Shown here: piece by piece, positions 23,979 to 34,744 of the stretch | Numbering within the stretch: position 1 is the stretch's first letter | Layout: each line of letters begins with the position of its first letter | From: Rebecca billardiae RCC1528 | Taxonomy: Eukaryota; Protista; Haptophyta | DNA: 64,000 bases | NCBI GenBank assembly: GCA_965240325.2 | Contig: OZ251235.1 | Coordinates: 682,001-746,000, forward strand | Reading direction: 5' to 3' | The notes under the pieces: model-generated | Databases searched by the model: none | What the model was told of the DNA's origin: nothing | Seen by the model: the letters and a program-made list of their open reading frames with translations, nothing else | Translations under genes and position numbers: made by a program

Positions 23979-25618
23979 GGAGTCTGTGGCCGCGTCGCGC
24001 AGCCGCGGCTCCGGCGGCGCGGCGCGGTGCCGCGCGTGCGGCCTGCGCTCGAGCACGCACGCCGCCGCGCCGGCGAGCGCCGCACACTCCGCCAGCGCGC
24101 AGCCGAGCTCGCGCGCGCCCTCGGCCGCCTCCGCCTCCGCGCCGTCAGGATGCAGCGGGTCTGCGTTGGCGCCGTCGCCGCGCGCGGGCAGCAGGAGGGA
24201 CAGCGGGGCGGGGAGGACCCACGGGGAGAGGACGCGCGATGCGCCGCCGCCGCTCGGCGCGACCAGCGCCACGGCCGAGCCCACCGATGCCAGCGTGCGG
24301 TGCGGGTGCGGCGGGTGCTGCTGCGCCGCCGCATGCGCGCCCGCGTCCGCGCCGCCGCCGTCGTCGTCCGCGGCCGACACGAGCTCTGCAGGGGCGGGCG
24401 CGGGCGGCGCGGACGGCACCGCCGTGACCGAGGCAACGATCGCGCCGCCACCCAGCCCAACCGCGCCGCTCGCGAGCGCGCGCGCGGGCGCCGCGCTGGC
24501 GCCGGCCGCCACGGCCGCCGCCGCGTCCGCCGCGGCCAACGCCGCGGCGGACGCGCCGCCGCCGCCGCGCGCGCGCGCCGCCGCCGCGCCGCCACCGCCC
24601 GCGGTCGGCGCGGCGGCGGCGGCGGCCGGCGGCGCGCCCGCGCCGCCCAGCCCCGCGCCGGGCGGCGGCGCGCCGTACGGGCGCAGTAGCCAGGCCTCCA
24701 CCGAGCTCGTGCGCCGCTGCGCGTGCAGCAGCCACGGGTAACCCGCCGGCGGCAGGCTGAGCGATCGGGCGGCCGCGTCGTCGCCCTCCGCGCCGCCGTC
24801 GCCGCCTGCGCGGGCGCCGCCGCCCGCCGCGCCGGCTCCGAGCCCGCGGCGCGCGGCGGCCGGGACGCCGGCGCCGAGCGCGAGCGCCCTCGCCAGCGCG
24901 CCGCCCTGCACGACCGCCTCGTACGCCGCCGCCTCGGCGCAGCCGTACGCGACCGCCGCCTCGGCGCGCGCCGCGGGCAGCGCGGCCGCGCGCGTCAGCC
25001 GTGCCGCATACGCGTGCGCGATGGCGACGTGTGCGCGCCGCCGCGCCTCAGGCGGCTGGTCGGTGCCGCCGCCCGGCGCGTCCGCGGGCACCGCGCCGCG
25101 CGCCGCCTCGCCCTCCGCCGCGGCCATCGCCATCGCCGCGCCCGCCTCCTCCGCGAGCCAGCCCAGCGCCAGGCGGCGCGCGGCCAGCATCGACCGAGTC
25201 GGGTCCACCCACACGCGCGGCAGCCAGCGCCTCAGCTGCGCGCGGCCGGCGCGCGCCGCGCCGTCGTCGGCGAGTGGCGGCGGCTGCTCTGCGCGCGCGA
25301 GCGCCGCGCGCCAGCCGCGCGCCAACGGCGCGCCGCGCACGCCGGGCGCGCGCGGCGCGGCGCGCGCGCCCGGCAGTGTGGCGGGGCGCGGCAGCGGCAG
25401 CACGCTGCCCGCCTCTGCCGCGGCGGCGTGGAGGCGGCGAGCGGCCGCCCTGCGCGCGGCGGCGCGTCGGCGCGCGTCGGCAGCGGCCAACGCGGCCGCC
25501 GCGCCCGAGCCTCGCCGCGTCACGCCGCCGCGCCGCACCGCGCCGCCACTGCCGCCTGCCGCGCTCGCGCCCGCGCCACCATGCCGCGCCGCGCCGCCCG
25601 CCGCGCCCGCCGCGCCCG

Positions 25619-25698
<80 letters not shown>

Positions 25699-26054
25699 GC
25701 GCCCGCCCACTCCGCCTCGTCCTCCGCCTCGGCGAGCGCGCCGCCGCGCTGCGGGGCGAGCACCAGCTCGACCGCCGCTCGGTTCGCCACGACCGCCACG
25801 CCGAGCACGCTCGCATGCGCGCACTGCACGCGCACGGCCGCGCCCAGCTCGGCTCGCCCCAGCGGAGTCGTGAGCAGCCGCGCGGCCGCGTCGTCCGAAT
25901 GGCAGCTGAGAGTGCCGGCAAGCTCCTCGGAGAGGGAGGCGACGGCGGGGCCGAGCGGCGCGGGAGAGGGCGGGCTCGAGTTGCTCGAGGAGGGTGCCGA
26001 TGGCTGCGTGCGCGCGCGCGCCGCCGCCGCCGCGCCCGCGCCGCGGACGCCGCC

Positions 26055-26096
<42 letters not shown>

Positions 26097-27599
26097 CGAG
26101 CCGGCCGCGCCGCCCGAGCCGGCCGCGCCGCCGCCACAAGCCGCCGCCGGCATCGACAGCCGCTGCGAGCGCGGGCTCACTTGCTGCGCGGCGCGCGCGC
26201 CCGCACCCGGCGCGAGCGCGGCGGGCGGCGTCGAGAGGCGCTGCGCTCGGCCACGCGCACCCACAGCCAACCCACCGCCACCGCCGCCGCCGCCGCTGTC
26301 GCCGTCGCCGCCGTCGCCGCCGCCGCCGCCGTCACCGCCGTCGCCGCCGCTGACGCGCCGCCATTGCTCCGCCGAGCGGCGCAGCGTGTCGCCCAGCCTC
26401 ACGCCGCCCTCGTACTCGGCGAGCCCCTGCAGCGCCACGCCGCCGCGCAGCTCGGCCAGCCCGCGGTACGCCGCGCGCACGACCTCCGTCTCCGCATGAG
26501 CCAGCAGCAGCCGCCACCAATCACGCGCCGCGCCCAGCGCGGCGCGGAGCGGCTCCGCGGCGACCGATCGCTCGAGCGGCGGAAGCGCGAGCTCGGCGGA
26601 GGCGGTGTGCCTCGAGGTGCGCGCGGCGACCTCGCGCGAGACCACGCGCGCGAAGCGCTCCACGTCGATCGGCCGCTGCGCGCCGAGGCTCGGCGGCGCG
26701 CCCGCCTCCGCCGCGCCGCGGCGCGCGGCGCGCAGTGCGGCCGCGGCGGCCGCGCCGAGCGCGCCGCCGCCCGCCGGCGCGGCGCGGCGCGGCGCTGGCG
26801 AGGCGGGCGGCGAGGGCGCGGGCGAGGGCGGGCGCGTGGGCAGCGGCGAGGGCAGCGGCGAGGGCAGCGCTCCGCCGCCGCCGCCGCCGCCCAGCTTCGC
26901 CCACGCGCGCTCAGCGTGCAGCAGCAGCGCGCAGCGCGCGGCCGCGCGGCCGCGCGGCGCGTGCGCGCAGCCCGCCGCCTCGGCCACTTCGAGGGCCACG
27001 GCTTCGAGCAGGGGCCAGAGGGTGAGGATGTGCGGCGCGGTGCTCAGCGCGCGCGGCGGCGGCGCGTGTGCCCCCTCGGCCGCCGGCACGCCCGGCCGCG
27101 CGCCCGCCGCGCCGCGACCGCCCTCGCCTTCGCCTTCGCCGCCGCGCCGCGCCGAGCGCGCCGCGCGCCTCTCGCCCGTTCCCACCGCCTCCGCCTCGCG
27201 CGCGGCGGCGACGGGCGCGGCGGCGCGCTCGGCGGCGCCGAGCTGCTCGGTGAGCGCGCGCAGCAGCCGCGCCTCGATCCGCATGGCCTCCGCCTGCTCC
27301 GCGTACCGCGCGGCGCACTGCGGCGCCGCGCCCGGCGCCGAGTCAGCCGCGCCCAGCGCGACGGGGGTCGCTGCGAGCGCGCAGCGCGCGCGCTCGCGCA
27401 GCGCGCGCGCCGCGGCCGGCTGCGCAGTTCGGTCGAGCACCTCGAGCTGTGCGCACACCAGCTGCGCGCGCGCCTCGGCCCACGCCGCCTCCGCCTCCCA
27501 CATCTGCGCGAGCCAGCCGCCCAGCTCGACTGACGACTCGAGGGCGGCGAAGCGCGCGCGCCGCGCGACTGTGGCTCGCTCGCGCGCGGCCGCGCTCGT

Positions 27600-27637
<38 letters not shown>

Positions 27638-29879
27638 TCGCGTCGAGGCTGGCGGCGGCGAGGGCGCGCGCCGCGCCGTCCACGTCAAAGTCCGCCCAGT
27701 CCGCCTCCGAGTCCACCGCCTCCTCGGCCTCGTCCTCCTCGGAGGACGAGCTGGACTCGTCGCCACCGCCGCCGAAGCCGCCGGTGGCGCCGGTGGCCGC
27801 GCCCTCCTCCTCCTCCTCCTCCGCCGCCTCGGCCGCAACAGCACCGGCGCCGCCGACGCGCCGCGCCGCGGCCGCGGCCGCGGCCGCCGCAGCCGCCGCC
27901 AGCGGCGTGGCCGGCGCCCAGCGCTTCCGCCGCCGGCCGTACCGCGCGCGCGCGTGCTTGGCGCGCGCGCGCGCCGCCGCCTCGACGCTCGCGCCCGCCG
28001 CCTCGAGCAGGAACGTGCCCACGCGCAGCAGCCGCACCTCCGCCGCGTCGCACGCGCGCAGCGCCGCGGTGTGCACAACGCGCGCGCCGCCCGCGTCGAG
28101 AACGGCCGGCGCGCGCGCGGACGGGGGCGCCGGCGCCGCGCCCGGCGCGGGCAGGGGCGCGGCGGCGGGGGCGGCCGGCGCGAGCGAGTGCTCCATCGCG
28201 CGCGCGGTGCGCAGCGCGTACGCCTCCGCCGGCAGCCACCCCGCAGGCCCCTCCGCGCCCACGCGCACGCACGCCTCCGGTCGGGCGGGCGCGGGCCGCG
28301 GCCGGCGCGCCGCCAGCGCCTCGAGCAGCGGTGCCTCGAGGCTGAGCCGCCGCTCTGCCCAGGCGCACACGTTGGCGGCGGCGAGGAGGCGCGCGCGCGA
28401 CTCGCGCATCGAGAGCTGCCGGGCCATGTGCACCGCGCGCACCAGCCGAGCCGTCGCCTCGCCCACGCCGCCGCCGCCCGGCGCGCCGCCGCGCGCCGCG
28501 ACCGCGTCTCGCGCGCCCAGCCAACGGCCGTGCGCCTCGGCGGCGCTCGCGAGGGGTGCGGCGGCGAGGCGCACGTCGTCCTCGCGCGAGATGGCGGCGC
28601 ACGCGAGCAGCCCCGCGTGCACGCCGCCCAGACCGCCGCCCGCGCCGAGCACTGTCCGCAGCAGCTGCGCCTGCTCCGCCGCCTCAGGCGCGCGCGGCGC
28701 GTGCGCACACGCGGGGCGGTGGTCGCTCGGAAGGGCGGCGGCTGCGGCTGCGCCCTCGGCCTCGGGGCCGGCGTCGTCCGCTGCGGCGGGCTGCGCGGGC
28801 GCGCCGCGCACGTCCACGTGCAGCTCGCGCGCCTGCGCGCGCCACAGCGCGGGGAACGCGTGCGCGACGAGCGCGGCCACAGCGGGCGCGGCGGCATCGG
28901 CTGCCGCGCTCGCGCCCGCCGCGCCGCCGCCCGACGGCTGCGGCTGAGTCGCGCTCGGTGGTGGTGCGGCGGCGGCGTCGACGCTCGGCGCGGCCGCGCC
29001 GCCGACGAGGACGCGCGGCACGCCCGGCGCGCCGCCCGGCCCGAGCGCGCCCTCCACCGCGCCCGCGGGCAGCACAGACGACAGCAAGTGTCGCAGCGCG
29101 CGCGCCAAGCCGACCAGCTCGGCGCCGAGGGCGCGCGCCGTGCGCGCGCGCAGCGGCAGACCGGCGGCGCAGGCGCGGAGCAGAGCAGGCGCGTCGGCGG
29201 CGCGCGCCCGCGCGCCCCCGCCGCCGCCCGCCGCCTCCTCCGCCCCCGCCTGCTCGCCCCCGCCGCCCCGCGCGACGCGGCGCGCCACCTCTGCCGTGAG
29301 CGGAGCGCGGTGCGTGTGCGCAGCCCACTGCAGCCGGATGCGGAGCAGCGCGAGCGGCAGCACGGCGCGCTGCTCGCGCAGCAGCCAGTCGGCGTAGTCG
29401 CGCAGCTCGGCCGGCTCGATCGCGCGCCGCGCGCCCGCCTCGGCCGGCGCCTCCTCCCACGGCCGCGCCGCGCGGCACACCCGACCGCCCACGCGGCCGC
29501 GCTCGTGCGCCGGCAGCCGAGAGTCGATCTCGGCCACGCGCGCCTCGAGCGCCGCGCCGAGCGGCGCGCGCGCGCCGGTGCGCGCGTGGAGCAGCACGCA
29601 CGCCGCGCGCTCGAGCTGCAGCGCGTCGTGCCGCTCGGCGTGCCACGCCGTCACGAGCTCGTGCACGTCCGGCTCGCGCGTGCACTCGGCGTCCGCGGCC
29701 AGCAGCGCGCTCGCGAGCCGGGGCGCGCGGCTCGGCTCGTCGGTGGCGGTCCAGCGAGCGGCGGGTGGGGGCAGCGTGCCGTCCACCGCCTCGCGGACGC
29801 TCTCGGGCGCGCCCGCGAGCATCGCCTCCGCCGCGTCCCGCGACCACGGCGGCGCGCCGGTCGGCACAGCGGCCGCCAT
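18373..29879 (-). CDS. Giant (~3,780 aa) Ala/Gly-rich protein, probably CCDC162/DUF4549-like; 2 exons (29879-20736, 20574-18373)
   Basis: ATG at 29879. The phase-0 intron 20575-20735 (GTGCGC...GCTGAC...CGCAG) joins the 3082-aa and 738-aa ORFs in frame. Blocks RQLSMRESRARLLAAANVCAWAERRLSLE, GARVVHTAALRACDAAEVRLLRVGTFLLE and MWEAEAAWAEARAQLVCAQLEVLDRT resemble CCDC162-family segments (recalled, not searched). Contains poly-D/E/G/A and (AD)n tracts. Confidence 0.7.
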
Positions 29880-30093
29880 GGTTCAGGGGGCCGACCCGGG
29901 TTTGCAACGGCCAGGGCAGCGCGCCTGCCCGCCTGCGCCTCACAAGTCACAAGCCGAGGGCTGAATCATCGATCATCATGATGAGGGGACAAAGCCGCTT
30001 CCGCGGTAGCGTGCAGGGTGCCGACATCGCCCTCGGAGGCTGATCCCGGCTGGCTCCCGCCTTCCGGTCTCTCGGCCTCATGCTTGGCCGTCG

Positions 30094-30681
30094 ATGGTGG
30101 CCTCAGCGCCGCCGCCGCCGCCGCGACACACCGTCGTCGTTTTCGTGCTTCTTCTTGCTGCCGCGGCTCGCCGGCGAGCGCGCGTGCGCAGCGCCGAAGG
30201 TGCCTCCGCTGGCGCGCTCACGCCGTGTGACCCCCATTATTGCATTCGGAGCCGATGCGTCGCGTGCACGCAGCTCATGCGCTACTCCTGCGCGTGTGTA
30301 CCGTGTATTGTGAGCTACGGCTACGATCTGTTCGGCAAGGCGGACGCGTGATGATTTGCCGACGTCAGATGTGTCGGAACAGGCAGACAGGTGCTGCAGC
30401 GACCCAACCAACGGGATACCCAAGGCGGATGGACTGACAACAAGACCGGCATCAAGCTATTGGCTTCGCCGTCGCGTTCTACTGAGCCGCTGCAGTCGGA
30501 CGGCCTCCAAGGCTGCTCCGCAACCCGCTGCGTCGGCTCCCGACCGTGCGACACAGCCGGCAGCCTATATACTCAGCGGCAGGCGACGACCTGCATCGAG
30601 AAACTTGGTCCGCGGCAGATGGAAGAGGGCTGTGAGGAGGTGTGCCCATTGACGCCGATCTGTCACGGCCCGTGCCAATGA
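30094..30681 (+). CDS. Possible small secreted Cys-rich protein (putative intron 30310-30390) or a pseudogene
   Basis: ATG 30094, hydrophobic TVVVFVLLLAAAA, then Cys-rich segments. ORFs 30094-30351 and 30391-30681 share a frame. A GTGAGC...ACAG intron would remove the TGATGA between them. Confidence 0.3.
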
Positions 30682-31306
30682 CCGGTGCGCGAACGCTGAC
30701 TGCAGTGCCCAGCCAAGCCAGTGTCAGCGTCAGTGTGGAGGTGGTGGAGCGCAGGTATCTTGCCTCCGGACAAAAGTGAAGATACCGTCCAGTTGCGCAT
30801 AAGTAACGTAACCGTGGTGTGAGTATAATAGTAGTTGAGAGGGCCACGTGCAAGCACTCCTGCTCACGAACGAGTCCGGAGCCGTTGAGAACGAATCGAT
30901 CTTGAATCGAGCTCTCATATTCGAACCCCGTGTTGTATGGGTGTTTTCCCATTCATCGATGAGGGCGTTATCCAGCCGGGTAATGTTCAAGGCCACGTGC
31001 GAAGTCCGAACTCCGAAGCGGGACGCCTTGGCCCCAACCGATTTACTTATGCAGCCTGATGATCTTGGTCCCAGGAGTGGCCCCCCGCCAATCACAGCGC
31101 TCCCCAAAGCCCCGCGCGACTTTTCGCGCGTCCACGTACTCGCAAACCACGAAATCGGCGCACGAAACTCGGAAACTTGGACCGATTTTGGAAGGCCGAG
31201 GCGGTTGAGCCGGTGCGCTGCGCGAGGAAAGGCAGCGGCGCTGCGGCCCAGCGCAGCACTCCCGACGCTCGAGCGAGCAAGCGGGCGGCGTTTCGCGCTC
31301 GGCAGC

Positions 31307-33037
31307 ATGGGGCGCGCGTTGAGGCCGCAGCTCAGGCTGCGCGCTCTGGCGCCCGTGCTCGTGCCCGTCTCGGCCTGCGTGTACGGCATGTACCTCGCGC
31401 TGCTCCTCCGCTCCAACTACGCGTCGGCGTGCGCGCTGCTCGGCCTGTTCATCTACCTGGCGGGCGCGTTCGCCTCGCTGCGCGGGCAGGGTGGCTCGGA
31501 GGCGGGGAGCGGCCGGTCCGCGGCGGGCGGCGAGGGGCGCGCCGCGGCCAGCCACTCGCTCTTCTCCTCGCTCTCCGCGCTCACCACCTCGCGCGCCGGC
31601 GCGTTTGCGCTCACAAACCTCGCGGCGCTCACCTCGTACGTGTACATCGCCTTCATGCAGCACGCGCTCAACCGGACGTACTGCGCGGACGGGCGGTGCT
31701 CGGGCGGCGCGGCGGGGCTGGCGCTCGTGCCGCCCCTCCGCCAGGTCGAGGCGCTCGTCACCTCGCGCCTCGGCCTGCTCCTCCTCGTCAACCTCGGCTT
31801 TGGCGTGCTCTACCTCTTCCTCCGCTTCTTCCGCGCGCACGTCTTCGAGGGGCGGCTGCGCGCGCACGAGGTGCGCGGCGCCGCGGAGCACGCGGGCGGG
31901 TTCGCCGCGGCGAAGGTGGTGCTGCTCTCCGTCCTCGCGCCGGACACGCTGGGGCTCACCACCTGGGTCTCGTGGTTCGCGCTGCTCGGCTTCCTCCGGC
32001 TGCTCGCGCGGCTCGTGCTGCTGCGGCTCGGCCAGGGCGGCGGCGCGTCGTTCCGGCCCGAGCCGCACCGGCGGTACCGGCGGCACGTGGCGCTGGCGCA
32101 CATGCTGCTCGGCTCGGCGCTCTTCTGGTGCGGCGTCGCCGCGCTCTTCTGCGCCACCGTCGGCTCGGGCGCGCGCACGCTCTGGCTGCTCGCCGCAGAC
32201 CCGGTGCTGCTCGCCCTCGACGCGCTCGCGTGCCTCGGCGTGCACCGCGCGCTCACGAGCGCGGACGGCGACCGCGCGCGCGCGCTGCACCAGCACACGA
32301 CGCTCGCGCACGCCGTGCTCTCGGGCGCGGTGGCGATGGCGCAGCACGCGCACACCTGGCTCATCCACGGCATGTGGGGCACGCTGCTCGATCTCTTCCT
32401 GCTCACGTCCGTGTACGCCGAGGCGACGCACGTTGGCTCACAGCTCGCGGCGCACGCGCGCTTCCGCGACCGCGCGCGCGTGCTCGAGGCGTGCCCGCCC
32501 GCCTCGCGCGCCGAGATCGGCCAGTTCGACGACACGTGCACCGTCTGCCTCGAGCCGCTCGTCGACGAGGCCGGCGCCGCCTGCGTGCCCGCGGGCGTCG
32601 CGCGCCGCCTCCCGTGCGGCCACATCTTTCACTCCGTCTGCCTCTCCTCTTGGCTCGAGCAGCAGCGCTCGTGCCCGACGTGCCGCACGGCCACCGCGCC
32701 GCCGCCGCCCGCGGGCAGGCCGCCGCCGCCGTGCGCCGTGCGCGAGGCGGGCGGCGCGGACCAGCCGGACATCCGCACGCGCCGCCCGCCGAGCGCCGCG
32801 AGCTCGGCGGGCGGCTCACCGGGCAGCTCGACCGGGGTGTCTCGCTCGTCGAGTGACACCTCGCTCGACAGCCGTCCTGAGCAGGGCGCGGCGGAGGTGC
32901 CGGCGGTGCGGATGCGCGGGCCGGCCGCGCCGTGCCGCGCCGAGTGCTGCGACGCGCTCGTGTGCGCGCGCACAGACCTGCTGTGCACGCCCTCGAGCCC
33001 GCGCCGCGCGCACGCCGCACTCGGCTCGGAGCTCTGA
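31307..33037 (+). CDS. Multipass-membrane RING-H2 E3 ubiquitin ligase, HRD1/gp78(AMFR)-like (ERAD)
   Basis: Several TM helices; FEGRLRAHE resembles the HRD1/gp78 FGxLRxxE motif. RING-H2: CTVCLEPL...RLPCGHIFHSVCLSSWLEQQRSCPTCR. Likely ATG at 31307. Confidence 0.85.
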   Translation: MGRALRPQLRLRALAPVLVPVSACVYGMYLALLLRSNYASACALLGLFIYLAGAFASLRGQGGSEAGSGRSAAGGEGRAAASHSLFSSLSALTTSRAGAFALTNLAALTSYVYIAFMQHALNRTYCADGRCSGGAAGLALVPPLRQVEALVTSRLGLLLLVNLGFGVLYLFLRFFRAHVFEGRLRAHEVRGAAEHAGGFAAAKVVLLSVLAPDTLGLTTWVSWFALLGFLRLLARLVLLRLGQGGGASFRPEPHRRYRRHVALAHMLLGSALFWCGVAALFCATVGSGARTLWLLAADPVLLALDALACLGVHRALTSADGDRARALHQHTTLAHAVLSGAVAMAQHAHTWLIHGMWGTLLDLFLLTSVYAEATHVGSQLAAHARFRDRARVLEACPPASRAEIGQFDDTCTVCLEPLVDEAGAACVPAGVARRLPCGHIFHSVCLSSWLEQQRSCPTCRTATAPPPPAGRPPPPCAVREAGGADQPDIRTRRPPSAASSAGGSPGSSTGVSRSSSDTSLDSRPEQGAAEVPAVRMRGPAAPCRAECCDALVCARTDLLCTPSSPRRAHAALGSEL

Positions 33038-34023
33038 GCGCGCGCGCATGCGGCCGTGCGCATGCACTGTGACTGGCTGGCTGGCGGCTTGATTCGTGCC
33101 TGGGACGACCGCACCGGAGGACGGTGGCGGGCAGCGGGTGGTGGCTCTGCGACGGCCGTGCGGGATTGACACCCGGGGCCATGACGTGGCGGCGGTGCGC
33201 TGCGGCAGGGCAGCATCAGCGCAGAGAGGCGAGTGCGTGACAGCGTGTGGGTGCGACAGCGATTGTGGGTGCGGAGGGCCGGCCGGAGGCGGAGGGCCGG
33301 AGGCGGCCTCGGCGGTGCCGCGGCCTGCCGGTGGCGATTTCAGGTCGGCACCTCGGCGGTGGGACTGGGCCGCGGTGGCGGGGCACCGTCGCCGAGCAGT
33401 ACTGCAGTATGCAGTGCAGTATGCAGTGTCACGTTCCTAAGGAGTATTAGCTCGTTATCACTATCAGGCGAGTAGCGACTTAGGGCCCGGTGACCGTTTC
33501 CCGTTTCCGACTGCGCCCGTAGGCGTATGAGATCGGCGGGCCGTGCCGCCGACGCCGTCGGATCCGTGTCTGTGATTGATCACCGGCGGACGAAGGCCGC
33601 CGCCCGCCCGGCGCCCCGGCGCCCGCGGTCAGGGTCCGGCGCCTGTCTTAGGCTCTTAATTAACGACCTTATATATATATATATATATAACTACAGTCGT
33701 AGCTAATTCACTGATTTACAATCTCGCCTGCCTGTAAGTAAGCTAGACTGTGTGCGTCTCTTATTTTCAGTAAACTGACAACTGTACTCGTCTGCTGATC
33801 CTAGCTAGGCCTAGAGTCCGACGCGAGTCGGAGTCACGAGACACTGTCTGAGTCGAGACTCGAGATTATTCATCTTATTTCATCATGAGGCGTGGCAGCA
33901 GTTTCGTTTCGGGCGAGACCTGCCGCCACACAGCACGTCAGCAGTGACACAGCTCACTCACCGATGTAATTCAGACGACTGCCTGATGCTAAATAGTACA
34001 TTATACGACGTAATAAACTATAT

Positions 34024-34059
34024 TATATAACGACGTGGTATGCAACGGGCAGGCGTCAG
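34024..34059 (+). repeat. 36-bp dispersed repeat, probably a terminus of another TE family
   Basis: TATATAACGACGTGGTATGCAACGGGCAGGCGTCAG matches the reverse complement of 59641-59676 with one mismatch. Confidence 0.75.
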
Positions 34060-34343
34060 AGTCAGCAAGCTGTAGCAGCAGATCGAGCAGCAGAGACAAA
34101 CCCCAGGATCAGCGCTCCTCGCCGTCGTCCCCCCCCCCCTCGTAGTCGCCCATCACAGATCACTCCATCGCCGAGCGCCGGGCCGAGCGGAAGCTCCGGA
34201 CGCACCGAGTCTAGCGTCGACGCACGCCCCGGCGCCCCGCCACCCGCCGACCCGGGGCACCGCGGTGTCAAGTTACGCGGTGCCACGTGTGGTACTATTA
34301 GCGCAGTTCTGATGATCGTAGTCGTCGTCATCACTATAAATAT

Positions 34344-34744
34344 TGTTGTATTAATTCCGAATTTCCTCCGTGCACGATTTCTTTTCTTCTCCAGGCGCTT
34401 GGATCCAACCGCCAGGAGAGGTCGAGTCCCAGGTACTACTCGCTGTCGTACCTGCCCTCCCTGAACCGGCACGAGCGCGCTCGGCCCCTAATCCTATTGC
34501 TTTCGCCGCTGTCCGCAGGCGAACGCAAGCCGCCGGGTACGTATGTCCGTTTTCCCCCGGCGCTATTGGTCTAACGAGCAGTAACGACCTATCAGTTTAC
34601 TGGTGCCGTTTGCTTTTGCACCTGTGTGGGACGACTCCCGCACCGCCCGCTCGTCCGCACGGACGACGCTGCTGACGACGTCCGCAGGGACACTGTGATA
34701 AGCCCCTGCGTGACCGGGGAACTGGTAAGGCGGAATAAACATCA
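34344..34744 (+). repeat. 5' LTR
   Basis: Direct repeat of 40048-40448 (offset 5704); TG...CA ends; AATAAA near the 3' end. Confidence 0.96.

Noticed and set aside
18257-29981. Very long plus-strand ORFs (e.g. 18391-22923, 18984-24689)
   Set aside because: Antisense or off-frame shadows of the minus-strand gene in stop-poor DNA; composition is not protein-like.
30349-30354. Tandem Sec-Sec readthrough in the Cys-rich ORF
   Set aside because: No convincing SECIS downstream; an intron or decay explains it.
30848-31306. N-terminal extension of the RING ligase from the GTG at 30848
   Set aside because: AT-richer, promoter-like sequence; coding-like composition starts at ATG 31307.
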